Shown piece by piece: positions 37,021-50,020 of a stretch of DNA of 64,000 bases (positions are counted from its first letter, which is position 1; the number at the start of each line of letters is the position of its first letter). The stretch covers positions 816,236 through 880,235 of the forward strand of contig NW_003314321.1 of NCBI RefSeq assembly GCF_000143415.4. Direction: 5' to 3'. Source of the DNA: Selaginella moellendorffii. Taxonomy: Eukaryota; Plantae; Lycopodiophyta. Both the position numbers and the translations under genes were made by a program. The notes below the pieces were generated by a model that was given only the letters and a program-made list of their open reading frames with translations, did no database searches and was not told the DNA's origin.

Positions 37021-37699
37021 TTATCTTTGTTTATAGAATATGGCATTTTATTTGTAAATCCCTGCACACGTAGCATAGTCTAGGTGGCATTCTCCAATTG
37101 GATGAAGTCTAGATGCCAATGAGATGGGCATATATACATTTTGACTATAAAATGATGGGTCATACATGCAGGTTATATATGTGGCAAGATGACCCATACA
37201 ACATCCCATTCATCATTATTGTCATTGTCTAAGTGTGACTTAGGGTTCTCAAGCAAGAAAGAGTTTTTGGAACCATATAATTTAATTTCATGTTGTGGTA
37301 GTGAAATTGATTTGGTTTTCTGGTAGTAACTAGAAACATCCACAATGAGTAAGTTTTGCCTATAGCTTAGATTTGTGAAATTGGACTCAAATACAAATAT
37401 TGTAAATAGATATATTGGTGGAAATGAACCAAGTGCAGGGTTGCTATTAGACTTCAATTCCAACATTTTTTTAGCTAGCGAGAGTGAAGATGAAGATGGA
37501 GATCCTGACATTCCAGTGGTGAGTAGATGAATTTCTGAATTGGAGAGTCTTCATTATGGTATTTTTTGTAAGGCTTCAATAACTTTTTGAGATCAAAAGG
37601 ATCAACAGCATTTTGTGTATGGATACACTTAAAGTAAAATAAAGACTATAGTTTATCTTGCAAATTATTTGGGAATTATATAGCTAACATTATACAAAT

Positions 37700-38600
37700 A
37701 TATGCGGGTGGTGGATACAAATTGGAGGGGGGTGTACCATAGGATACTGATAGAGGAAGATCTTAACCATGTCCAATAATAATATTCCCATGAATTGTAT
37801 AATGACAAATTAGGGTATTATCCTTCTGCTCTTGTTGTCAAGCAATTGATTATTATTTTAGTAGGTATCAAATTCGTGAGGCATTAACTTTACATGATCT
37901 AAAAAGACTACAAAGTAGGCATTTGTTATAAATTTGTTGATGTAACTACACTAATAAAACAACTTATATACTATGCTATATGAATTATAAGTTTTTTTTT
38001 TCTTTGTCTTTGTTAACCATTATTTTTGTGTTTTTATAGCATGCATCCATGCCATGATTTATGGAGCAATGCATTTTATTATGGCCTATAAGCTATTTAT
38101 GACCAAAGATGCCCATGCTATTTTCAACACATATGCATGGGTTATATATCACTTTGAGAGGCTAAAATGAATAAAGAGTGATAATGCTTTAAAACACAAT
38201 AGCATAAAGGTTGATATAATCTAGTGTTGGGGCATAGAGGCAAAAAGCTTTATACGTGGAATATCAATATGAAACCAAATAATAGATTTATGTTTATTTA
38301 AAGTTTACCTTTCTTGAGAGTTTTTTTTAAGCGTATTGAGCATTTGTGGCGAGAATTGTACAAGTGAGTGATATAGTTTTATAAGCATCTTTGAATTTTT
38401 GAACATTGGTGTTCGTGATATAAGCAATGTACGGCATACACAAAGCTTACAGAGTGTATTTTCAACTTATCTTGCAAAGAACAGCTAATTGGGTTGCAAT
38501 ATAAAATCTATATGAAGTTCATTGCTTTAAATGTGGTGAATATTTCAAAGCATCCCACATCTCTACTAATTTATTCCAACTGATGGAGTGAGAACTCAGG
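37700..38600 (+). mobile_element. Relic of an IS3EU-like / eukaryotic integrase-core DDE transposase
   Basis: Ordered remnants RYQIREAL (about 37863), IHAMIYGAMHFI (38045), IKSDNAL (38171), SFIRGISI*NQ (38246), a probable intron, then RIEHLWRELY (38332). They match the IHGxIDGxSR / RxRSDxG / FIxGxSxHNQRIERLWRD pattern. Confidence 0.55.
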
Positions 38601-39999
38601 TAAGATAAAAACTTTGTTTTGATAGGCATTCTAACATTGCTTAAATTTTCTTTTTCTTCTAGAATAGTTCAAGCTTGTTCACAAAAGGATATTGAAGATT
38701 TTTCAGGAGAATTCATTCCTTGTATTGATAGAACAACTTTAGGATAGATTATTTTAATTTAACTTATATTTATTTTTCAAACCCATTTTTTTCAAATATG
38801 TTAGTTTTGTATATTTACAATGCATAAGGAAGGGTTAAAACTGAATGAATAATATCTTCTTCATTTGGATCTATTTGTAGAGTGTGCAATAGTGAAGTGC
38901 AAAGCCTAGATCTTGCAATATACATCAACATTACGCTGTTAATTGCAACTCTAGTGAAAAGAAGAGCTTTATAAAAATTATAGTCGGCTATTATTTAGGG
39001 ATTAGCTAATATCAATTTTTTTTTACTCAATACATTGTCCTTATATAAAAAATTCTCTTCTATAAGCAATAGATTTAATAATATTAAGTTTATAATATTT
39101 TTAATTAAACTTCATATCAAATACAAAACCTAATCCAAAAAAATCTTATCAGTGACATTTTTAGGCATTTTAAGTTGAAAATATAATAAGAATTTAATAT
39201 AGCCTAAGGCTATATTAAATTTAAGTCTAAATTTAGTAATTTATCATATTATTTAAGAAGTAGAATAACTAAGGTTTTTCATTATGTTGTATTTTAATAT
39301 TGGTACATAGTTGACTACCTGTGGGAGGCTCTCTAAATGCCAATATTATAATACAATCAATTTCAAATTTCAGATTATATCATAGTCAATTACAAATTTT
39401 AATGTGAAGGAAAATCACATCAGATTTTAATTTTACACAAGTAATTGGATTCTCTTTTTTGTTCTAAAATGGATTGCTAATCTTTATTTTTTAGTTTATA
39501 AATAGCCAAGAAGCTCTAGCTCTTCCATAAGATGGAACTCATAGTGGAGTTTGAGCATACTTGAATCTTCTATGGTTAGATCATCTATGTTTAGATTTTA
39601 ATCTTCTACATCATGTGACTACATTAAAAGGAGCCTCTTAAAACTTAATATACCCACCTAAGCATATAAGAGGAATAAATCTGAAAAGTAAGATAAAATA
39701 TAGAACTAAAAAATTAAACATTTTTAATTCCTCACTTTATTAACATGCCAACTAAATAAAAATTAAATATTCATAAATATCCTTAAACTGCATATCATCT
39801 ATTTCAATTGGGTTTTACTTATTTATTCTCTATAAAACCATAGAGTCCAATTTTGACATGCTCAAAATTGGAAAAGAGCAAATAGGGGGTGAGGGGGCCA
39901 AAGCTAAATTAAAGCTCAAATCTGTGTTCATTGTGGTCTATGTGATTAAAGTCTCTGATAGAGAGTTTGAGGGACTCGGGGAAATATATATTCTATCGC

Positions 40000-40860
40000 T
40001 CCTAGACAAGTGATGCCAAAGCCGTATTAGTGGTTTTCAACTCTGACCGTATTTATCTTCACTAGCCTCACTTTTGTGTCTAAAGAACAGCCAAAGTGCA
40101 TATTCTTGGGTGATCTTCCCTTTGTTTCCTCTTTTTGTCAGTGTGTCCACTTTGGATGTTAGTGCAACAATCAGTTGTGACCAGATCTTTGAGATTGTTA
40201 CCCAAGACCAAGTCTATTCATCTTCACCAGCCTCACTTCTGTATCTAAAGAACAGCTAGAGAGCATGTTCTTGGGTGATCTTCCTTTTGTTTTCTCTTTT
40301 TGTCAACATGTCCACTCTAGATGCTAGTGCAACAATCAGTTGTGACCAAACCTTTGAGATTGTTGCCCAAGTTGAGGGGTTCCTGTCATTGAACATCCTA
40401 GTGCAATGGGCCTTCCAAATCTCTGTTAGAATACATCCCTTGAGAACATCAAAGAGTTCCTGATGGAGATGTGTGAGGTGAGTGCGCATTCAGTTAAGTT
40501 GGTCAAAATTGAAGTGTTGGTCTTCCCTTGGAAGAAACTACCCTAAAGTGTGGATTCATTGTGAGGTTCACTTGAGGATTGCCATACATGTCAACTATGT
40601 AACATGATGGAGTAGGTTTGCTCTTATATTCGTGCCCAGACAGAGGAGATGAACAAGATCAAGGCATAGGAGTGAAGCTTGAATCTGTTTGCTCCACAAC
40701 TTTGGTTCTAGAGCAACAAGCAGGATAAGGAGGAGCTGTGAAATCACGTTGTGAGTGTGACTTACAATGGGTTGGGCTACAAGGTGTAGAAGTTTGACAT
40801 GCGAGAGCTAGTGTTTGGAAAGCCCAAGCCCATAAGGATTGTTTTCAAGGATTTTAAGAA
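40000..40860 (-). mobile_element. 3' remnant of an L1/Tx1-type LINE with a tandem duplication of about 166 bp
   Basis: ILTEIWKAHCTRMF resembles the IWKxRNxxIF C-terminal LINE ORF2 motif; 40051-40206 is repeated at 40217-40371. Confidence 0.5.
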
Positions 40861-41333
40861 TGCTCATGGACTTTCTTACTGCACTATAAGTCACTTGTTG
40901 ATAGTTATCACTTCTAGGAATGATGCCTCTTGTTGACAGTGAAACTAGCCAAAACAGTTTCATATTATGAATATATTAGAATTGGTAGTAAAAATGAATT
41001 ATAAATACTATGGGTAGTAAAATCCTACCACCACAAAATTCACTACTTGCTAACATACCAACCTAGAACACAATGCTTTCAGTTTAAAAGCCTGATTGCA
41101 TTATTTTTAAGCCAAACTGGTGGTAAGAAAACTAACTTTCTGAGCTAACCTGGGCCTCATCATAGAGCACCACCCAGAGCTGAACCGCTTGGAATAAGCT
41201 CTCTGGCAATGCTGGGGAACAATCATGGTTGGTCGTTTTGTGATATTTGACCAGAGGTTTCTTCTCTTTACAGGTGGAGCTGGTCTACACATTTGATTCG
41301 CGTTCTTGAATACAGAACTCAAGGACCAAGCTC

Positions 41334-43937
41334 TTGTTTTGCCTGAGAGAAGAGTTAGTTTCCAGAGACAAATTCTTTGTGGCTATGGCCATCTTCCATC
41401 CCATTGAGCTGCAAGCCGTTGGTGGCCTGGTGGCTGCAGCGTGTGCTTCAGCGCTAAAAACGCGTCTCTCGGCTGGTTCCAAAGAACCGAGACTGATTTT
41501 ACTCTTGTTCCGGGTTCTGAAATCCCACAGTTGTAAGGCAAAGAAGGCAACTTCTACAAGATGTCATGCCGCTACAGTCGTGGCTGAGCATGGACGCTTG
41601 AGCGTAGAGAGTGTAGAGAGCGTAAACGAGCTGGGAGCATTGATCTTGTCTTTGGTCAGGAGATTCACAAAGATCTCCAGGAAAATCCTTTCGCTACTCC
41701 AGCGATCATCTACGAACAAAGCTGACCTAGCACTGAAAACCGCGATGGTCACAGCGGCCTATGTTGCTCTTGCCACATCCTGGGGCCATCCATCGCCGCT
41801 GCCTAGCATCGCTCATCATCTTGGGGATGAGAGAGTTAGGGTTCTTAGCGGTGAGAGAAAGGGGATGATGCTTCATCCTCCTCATGCATTCAATAATGTT
41901 GATTATGCCTTCTTAGATCCTTTGTATCTAGCAGTTGTTTCGTTTTGCGTGAACATGACATAGAACGGCTTGGAGACGCCACGAGATCTCTTTGCAGAAT
42001 TTAGCTGGACGGATGTGGCTGCCCACACGACATTGTACTCCCCGATCGGCTTGGTAAGCATTCTCTTTTGTTCTTGCCCGCCAGTCAAGTGATTCCTCTC
42101 GTGCTCTCCATCTATTGCGCCTCGATTCTGCTCCTCAATCCATGCCACTAAATACTTGTTTCATTCTTTCTTCCAGGTGATGGCAGATTGCTCGTACCTC
42201 TTGGGCTGGGAGAATTTCTATGTGAGGCCTGAGCACTTCTCCAGGATGAAACTCCCGCGCTCTGGGAGCTACATGGCTTTGAACGATGCCGTCTTGAATT
42301 CCACTGCTTACAAGAAGCTGCTGGACCGTAAATAAGCTATTTTGTACCAGTAGTGGTAAGCTAGTTTTGTTTCTTCTTTGTAGACATCAAAGGGCTCTAC
42401 AAGAAGCAAAAAGCTGGAAGAAATGCCCCTTATATGTCACATATAGCCTTCTACACACTTTATGGAGCGGCTCAGGATCAGATGGTGTTAGCCTTGACTC
42501 ACCACGGTCTCCTTCCCTGGCTCTTCTTTACAAGAGATGCCCATTACTCAATCTTTCTCAACCAGTAAGTTTCATTTCTTGTTAAGATAACTACCTAAAA
42601 CCAAACCAGGTATGCTGCTGCCATGAGGTTCAACGTGGCTCCATTCCTGAGACGCCTCGTTTTGACTCTTGACAGTTCTAACTACCATCCAATCCCCGCG
42701 ACTTGGCACCTTTTGTGAGAAGGTATGTGCATGAGATTTCATCCTTACCTCTCACTTTGGTAATAGGCGGTTGATCTCGTGCGCTATGGAATTGGCGCTT
42801 TGTGCATGGCTTGCCACAGCAATGGAATCCCGTTCAATGCAAATGCAGCACCCGATGAGTTGGCCGAGCTTCTGTAAGCTTCTAATTGTTTATTTTTTCT
42901 TATTTAAAGCTTGTGTTCTTCACAGCTGGACGGCAAACTCCTGACGAAAGACTTGTAGTATCAAGAACAAAATCATGGACTTGTGCTACCGGTGCTGGTC
43001 CATAGCGTTGAGTTGTGTTGTGATCTGGCCCAGATGTTCCTAACTGGATTAAGACTGGTAAGAAGGTTTCCAATATAGTCAGGATTTCAGTCGAATTTTG
43101 AAAAAAAAAAAATCCTCTCTTTTCCTTTAGATTTTCTTTTTGAGTGACGAGAGCAAACAGTTGCCTTATGGTCTTGGCGACAAGTGAGATTGTCGTAGGG
43201 TCGTTGTCCATGGCGATTCTTCCAAACAGAGAACTTCACGTAAGTTTCAATGTTGTTTTCTCATAGTTCTCTCTTTTAAGTTTTACTTTGTCTCACTCGT
43301 TACGGGGAGGATTGCTGTTCTACCCGATCGGATGCTGGATCGTTGAAGCTCCAAAGCTGTAGACCAAGAGCATATGCGCCAAATACCAAGAGTCATGCCT
43401 GGCTCACAGGTTCGTCTTTGAGATTTTCACTTGCTAGAATTTCTAGGTGCTGGCAGGACGATCTTTTCAGAACAGTTACGTTGGACGCACAACTCATCGC
43501 CCTCGGAAGTTAGGTCTCGAGAGTTGGAGGTTTTTGGAGAGGAAGATCCTTTCGTCGGACTCGAAGCTTTCAGTGTCTTCTCTTCCAAGGGAGAAGATGA
43601 TCAGGCAAGTTTCTCGGCTGACGCCACGACCAAGTGGCCCGATTTTAGATTCTTTCCAAAGCGGAAGGTGTTTGCGAGAGCATTTTCCGCCGAGGCTCGC
43701 GACGTAGCAGTGGAGATGCGAGCGGTCTTGCCGGGAGGCCCAAGCAACTACGATGGTCGAGAGTTCGCCAAGGATATGCTCAAGGGTTTGACAGCGAGGC
43801 AATTCGCACAGCTTAGCAAAAGTTTGCGACGACGACGTCTACCACTTCCTCAGCTATGGCGAGCTGAAGGAAGGGCTGGTAAGTCTGGGCGAGCAGCCGC
43901 GAGCAGCGCTATCCCAGCACAGCATGGAGTCCCGTGA
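41334..43937 (+). other. Unidentified multi-exon coding-like locus or pseudogene (part 1)
   Basis: GC-balanced open blocks (41334-41963, 42178-42327, 42384-42564, 43431-43937) bounded by GT/AG-like sites; some stops; no family recognised. Confidence 0.35.
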
Positions 43938-44613
43938 TCAAGAACAGGAGGGATCTCTACTGGCGGAGCTAGACCGTGGCAAGAAGAAAATTTAAGAAGT
44001 GGAAGACTGAAAACTTCGCATTCTTCGTCGAGATCCTGGCTGAGAAGCAGCAGCTCAAGCCACTGATTGGCAGAAGACATAGCATAGACAAGAAGAGCTC
44101 GACAAAAGAGCTGAGACGACGAACGCTGGTCCTCTCATTCCTCTTTATTGTCTAACGTCTTTCATTTAAACAAGACTCCGGAGAACAAAGCGAAGTTACT
44201 CTTTCTCTCCAAACTTTTCTACCAACAGAATCATATTGATTTGCCTGGGCTTGCAAAGGACAGCAATCTACATAGTTAACGTTCTAGACTACAAACGCCC
44301 AAACTTACACATTCACTTTGGAAACGACTAATAAAGTTTGCCTGCAAATCTATGAGGAGAAGAAAAAAAGGAAAAAAAAAAAAGAAAGAAAAAATCCAGG
44401 GGAAAGCATTGCAGTCTAATATAGGTGCAAATGGTGTAAGCATGGTTTATCTTATTAAACCACATATTCTACCTACAAACTTTTGAGTGTATATTGAAAA
44501 TCTACTAAGGCTGTGGAAAGAAACACTTAGAGACAAGCTTTTGCAATTACCACATGAGCAGCTGCTCATGTGGTAATCGCAAAAGCTCGTCACTGCATCA
44601 TCGCTTCCACTAA

Positions 44614-46104
44614 TTGACAGACTGTCTGCAATCTCTGACAACTAAGAAGAGCGACACCTACATTACAATCACAAACCTCTCTCCAAAGTTTTCTCGTGCG
44701 AGGCAGATTGTGTACCCCAGGACACATTATCGTCAAGAACGCGACCAGCACCTGGATCGCCACACAGTAACTAACAATCGCTCGAAAGCTTTGACAGACC
44801 ATTTTGAGTTTTCTGCTTGTTCAACAGCATCACCGTCGTCAGTGTGTCTGCTTCTTGAATCATCGATGTTCGTGCCCTCCCTCATGAGCATTTCAGGCCC
44901 TAAAACCTTCTATCAACTTCATCTAGATCGTGATCTAAAGGAAGAAGGAAATCCATCAAAACTTTTGCTTGGCCACACAAACTATAGAATAGGGTTGGCC
45001 AATCTAGAATGGAGCAGGCGAATGTGGATAGCCTCTTCAAGGGTGTGAAAGTGCCGCCGCGCTTGAGAGAAGCCGTGGATGCCACGCTCGAGTTGCGGAG
45101 GGTCATCTCCGCCTTCAGGCAGAGTTGCTTCTTCTCTGTGGAGGGTGGAGCTCTGTTCGAGACAATTCAAGCGTGGTACGTGAAGAAATACGTGCCCAGT
45201 TCCAACCTGAAGGAGTACCCCAAAGTACACACTGTTTTTCTCGCTGTAGAGTTTAATTTGCTGCTTTAGGACCTGGAGGAAAGGAACCCATATGCACGGT
45301 ATAAGACTCAATTCCCAAAGGCTGCAAGGGCGTGGTCCTCAAAGCTGGATTTCTTGCTTGATGAAATCCCGCTCTGCAACTCATCGCTGCAGTCGCTTGA
45401 GCGATGTAAGTTTCCCTCGCAGCCAGATGAAAATACTGACAAAAAGAACAACAGGGACTGTAAGTGCAGCGGAGCTGGAGCAGCTCCTGCTAGACCTGGG
45501 TGACGGCGGAAGGCTTGCTCCTCTTATTACTGTGTGCCCTTACCTTACACACTTGGAGAACGTCTACATGGCCGTGTTAGACGCGCGGCTGTGGCTCAGC
45601 TATTCAGAGCTTCCTGTCGAACCTCTTCGGAACAGCGGATCATGTGAGTGAGCCTTCAGCATTCTTGACTTTTTAGTTGCTCATGCATGGTTTATAGACA
45701 AGGCAATTCGTATGGGGTCCGCTCGACCTGTGCGGCAGCTGCAGGGCAAGCCTCCCTCCTCCTTCTACGCCCTCGAGATGCAGCTTGAAGCGAGCAACTA
45801 CTTGGGCATTCTCAGCGACCCGGGTTCGACGGTGTACTACGTGACGCCAATGGATTTTGAGCCAGGGAGACGCGGCTGTTACATGGCGAGGATGTTGAGA
45901 TTGGGGCGGGGCGTCATGCGCAAGCGCGGGATGTCACCAAAACAGCTTGCTGCAAGCCTGGCTGCAACGCCCATTGATGATAAGGAGTTCAAGGACCGCT
46001 TCCTCAAGCACAATAAGATGACAGAAACATCTTCCATGGCCAAGCTCCTGGCTCACCGCATATACTTGTCAGCTTTTATCCAGATCTTTTTTAAGATTGA
46101 ATAG
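44614..46104 (+). other. Unidentified multi-exon coding-like locus (part 2)
   Basis: Exon-like blocks 45009-45223, 45270-45405, about 45454-45643 and about 45698-46104, separated by introns of about 50 nt (GT...AG); ends ...RIYLSAFIQIFFKIE*. Confidence 0.45.
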
Positions 46105-46286
46105 CCACTGGACCTTCATGCACCGTTTGTGATCTTTATTTATAATAAAAAGGTATAAAGGTATCATGTCTACAGCTTGAGGTAACAACTGAACTCTATA
46201 AATTAAATAATTGATATTATTTAATAGTATTATGAGCGAAGTGTATGTAGCGGGATCAAGATCTTCCAAGAGATGGAGCAGAAAGG

Positions 46287-46342
46287 CCACTCATTTCTAT
46301 ATATAAACTAAGGTTTTTGGGTTAATTGATATATACATTTTT
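46287..46342. repeat. Inverted internal fragment of the 730-903 LTR family
   Basis: ccactcatttctatatataaactaaggtttttgggttaattgatatatacattt is the reverse complement of the LTR core, with C>T/G>A changes. Confidence 0.7.
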
Positions 46343-46351
46343 ATATTGCAC

Positions 46352-47295
46352 ACTTAAAAAGGCTTTATATGGATTAAAGTAATTTCCACGAGTCAAATAC
46401 GACATATATTTATCTTGCACTCTATGTAGACGATTGTCTACTAGTCAGTCCAACTCGCATAGCTTTGCAGCAGCTCAAGCGTGAGCTACAGGCATGATTT
46501 AAGATGGTGGATCTTGGATCAGTGAAATATTGTTTGGGGATAAGTTTATATGCAACAGGCAGGCTGGTATCATACAATTATCTCAGCAGAAATATGTTGA
46601 CGATATCTTGGAGAGGTTTCATCTTGCTGAGTTGAATGAAGGGTCAACTCCTATGGAAGCCGGCCTCCATCTCAGCAAAGATCAAGTCCCACAAACAGTT
46701 GAGAAATGCGAGAAGATAAAGCACATACCATGGTTGGCAGCTTGGTCTGCACACAGCCAGATTTGGCTTTTTCAGTGGGAGCAGTGTCCCAGTTTCTCAA
46801 GACTCCAGGATTTCCCCATTGGTTGGCAGTCAAACGCATCTTTCGCTACTTGAAGGGGACCTGACATTATGCACTCATGTACTCCAAAGTCCCAGCAGGT
46901 ATGCAACTGTTTGGCTTCACGGATAGGTGAGGTTGAGCAGTCTGGTTATATTTTTAGTCTCGGCAGCGGCGCTATCACATGGTCCAGTAAGCGACAGTCA
47001 ACTATAGCGTTATCGTCGACCGAAGCAGAGTGTATGTTGCAGCTACTCAAGCAGCTAAGGAATGTTGCTGGCTACGACAGCTTTTGGACGGCATCGGCTA
47101 TTCTCAGCTAGCGCCAACAGTTATCTTTTGCGATAACCAGGGTGCTATCTCACTCACCAAGAATCCCAGGTACCATGGGCGTACCAAACATATCCAGGTG
47201 CAGTTCCATTATATTCGAGATCAAGTGAACCGAGCTCATCCATTGTGGAACAACAGAGAAGGTTGCAGATATTTTTACCAAGGCATTACCTCCAG
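46352..47295 (+). mobile_element. Ty1/copia RT-RNase H fragment
   Basis: LKKALYGLK, YLALYVDDCLL, SGYIFSLGSGAITWSSKRQSTIALSSTEAE, CDNQGAISLTKNPRYHGRTKHI and ADIFTKAL, with frameshifts. Confidence 0.9.
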
Positions 47296-47296
47296 G

Positions 47297-47858
47297 GATT
47301 CCAGTGCTGTGGTGCTACTGCAAGCCTTGAGAGCAGCCACGAAGCTCAAGACGTCGTGCTCGCAGCCTTGGGAGTCCAAGCACGAGAAGAGCTCCAGCGC
47401 CATCTCTCCTTCTCCACAGTCTGCGTACCCCATCATCAAAGAGTTCCACGAAACTGTGCCTCATCTCTGATAAGGATGAACAGAGTCTCGTTCATCACAA
47501 GAGGCTACAAAGGAACACATCCCCTTCGATGTCCCCTAACTGCCTACCGCGCCTCTAGAGAGCTCTGGAGAATATGCTATGCCAGCATATTCATATCACT
47601 CCCACTCGAGCACTAAGGTGCTCGCTCAAGGAGCTCTCTCACGCCAAGTGCTTCTCAGCTGCGAGGAATCGATCGAGCCAAGCGATCTGTCAGTGGTCAA
47701 GAACTGCCTGCTAAATGTCTACGGAAAATGCGGGAGCATGGTCGACGCTCAGATCGTTTTTGATTCGCTGGAGACGAGAAGCTCGCTCAACTGGAGCTCG
47801 GTGGTGGCAGGATATGGCCGCAAGGGAGACGCTCACTGGGTTTTAGAGATGTTTGACA
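47297..47858. pseudogene. Two fragments of the 56705 PPR gene in opposite orientations around a 180-bp insert
   Basis: 47297-47466 is the reverse complement of about 58028-58206; 47651-47858 is a direct copy of about 58230-58437. Confidence 0.85.
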
Positions 47859-48053
47859 ATGTGAGTTTATGAGAATTGACTGCTTAGGGCTAACTATTGA
47901 AAATTTTAAAATTTATTGACCTAACTGTTGACCAATATTATTTACAATGAATCAATGTTTTTTTGTTTTCTCGAAACTTTGGAGCACAGACGAGGATGGA
48001 GAAGCTACTTCAAACGATCATCCTGGCGAGCCGCGAGAGCTGTCCACCAATTC

Positions 48054-49166
48054 TCACAAGCTCTTGGATCTCTTTTTAACGATCCGGCGAAGAACCACCA
48101 GTCTGGCCCTCCGGATGTCCCTGCTGCAGCAATCGACGTGCTCCTCCAGTTCGTCCAGATCCCGGATGAATGCGCTCTGCCGGCTCTTGAGCTGCTCCAC
48201 CACCAGATGCATGCCAAAGCCGTCCGCGTGCCTCTGCCCAAACTGTATGCAGTGGACGATCGATTCCATGGAGTTCCTGAGGCTGTTGATGAGCGCTCGT
48301 ATCGTGTCCATCTCCTTGATCGTCACAAACGTCTTGAAGTTCGCTTCTCTCATCAGATCCCGGCGTGCCTGGAGCTCCTTCTCGTACTTGGTGAGAAAGG
48401 ACTTGATCCATCTTCCCAGGGTCTCGAGTGGCATCGACGATACCGCTGCCACCGCCCCTACGATCGCTGGGACTGTCATCACCGCCGCCACCACCGCACA
48501 GATCACCAGCGCCGCGCAAGTCGCAGCGTAGATGATCGTCGACACCTTCGTCCAGCCGCGGACATACCGCAGCTTCCTGTCCAGCGACTTCTTCTTCGCC
48601 TGAAGCTTTCTCTGCAGCTCCATCTGCTTCTGGTAGACGGTTTGGAACTTCTCCATGAACTCGTCCGTGAAGGGGTTGCCGGCGTCCACGTACTGGTTGA
48701 GCTCTTTGAGAATTGCCTGGCACTGCTCCTCGTTTGGATCTCCTTCGCTGGGCATCATGTTGATCGCTACCTGGATCGACATCTGGTTCTCCCTGGCCTG
48801 TTTGATACACTTGTTGAGCTCCTCGCAAAAGTCTAGCGTAGCCATGCTGTTGTCGAAGTAGTCCTTGACCAGCTCAAACAGCGAGTCGCTTGCCCACACG
48901 TCCTTCTTGTAGTTGAGAATTACGTTCACAACCTCCTGGTCGAGCTCTAAAAAGCTGGTGGTCACATCCTTTAACGATTGGAATGAAAGTCCCCTCTCGT
49001 CCACCCCGGCCGCCATGCTCTGGAGCACCCTCTCTGTTCGTTCCTTGAGCCCATCCCCAAACTTTCTCACGTCTGGATCCATGGCACATACTCTCTCGTA
49101 CTCGCTGAGATCTATGCTGCTCAAACTTTCTCCTGGCGAGAGTGACCGGCTGCTCTGGTTACCCAT
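48054..49166 (-). CDS. DUF677/UPF0496 family protein (copy 2), intronless, 370 aa
   Basis: MGNQSS (possible N-myristoylation), SLKDVTTSFLELDQEVV, LFELVKDYFDNSMATLDFC, AGNPFT, hydrophobic hairpin, IRRARLVVLRRI. Confidence 0.85.
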   Translation of the reverse strand: MGNQSSRSLSPGESLSSIDLSEYERVCAMDPDVRKFGDGLKERTERVLQSMAAGVDERGLSFQSLKDVTTSFLELDQEVVNVILNYKKDVWASDSLFELVKDYFDNSMATLDFCEELNKCIKQARENQMSIQVAINMMPSEGDPNEEQCQAILKELNQYVDAGNPFTDEFMEKFQTVYQKQMELQRKLQAKKKSLDRKLRYVRGWTKVSTIIYAATCAALVICAVVAAVMTVPAIVGAVAAVSSMPLETLGRWIKSFLTKYEKELQARRDLMREANFKTFVTIKEMDTIRALINSLRNSMESIVHCIQFGQRHADGFGMHLVVEQLKSRQSAFIRDLDELEEHVDCCSRDIRRARLVVLRRIVKKRSKSL

Positions 49167-50020
49167 TTCTTCTTTTTGCCCTGTTCTAAATTCCTGTAGG
49201 CCTACCTTCCTGTTGTAAAGTAAACCTTTCTCCAATTCCTGGCAACGACCCTGGCGATGATTGGTATCGATCGATCGATCTGAGAATCTATTCCATCAGC
49301 AACAGAGAGAGGCGTCCGGATGGATCAAGGCGCCCTCCTGTAGCACATAAACAAATATTTCGATGTCAAACCACAGCGTAGGGGAGAAATCGCAGAGAAA
49401 TCCTCGCCCGAAGAGACCTAGACGATGAACAGCGGCGCATTGATGTCACAAGATCTAGAGAGACGATGCATGGAATACCTCCTGGATCGATATTTCTCCC
49501 AAGAAACCGATGAATGACGATGGGGTTTGTCGATCGAGGCCTGGAATGCCGCCGGCAACGAGCATTTAATCGCTCCCGACGCTTGCGATTGCGCGCTGGA
49601 TCAATTTGCCTTTCCCGTTTGCTTGGCGAGCAAGGAGCGCCTAAACCCTGTGACGCAGCGCTCTAGCTGTGCTACGCGACAATGGACGATGGAAGAATGG
49701 ATAGATTTCTCCTATCTAGAGCTCGAGAAACGGCTAGCAATCGCTGCATTGCTTGCTTGCGCCATCGCTCGATCGATCGGGAATAGGCGGCGTCCCGGGT
49801 AAGGGAGAAAGAGAAAATGAGAGTGGAATGAGAGAACAGTGTAAAGGCCTAGGGTGGACCTTATCCCACGAGAAAGCAACGCGTAGTAGAAAGCCTGGCT
49901 TTTTTCCCAGCCGTCGATTGTGTCCGAGCGGGAATGTCGAGGCACCGTCGCTGCCTGACACGTGTAGGGAGTAGAGAACTTTCTGACGGCCGCGTGGCGG
50001 GCGTGACGTGTCTGCTACCG

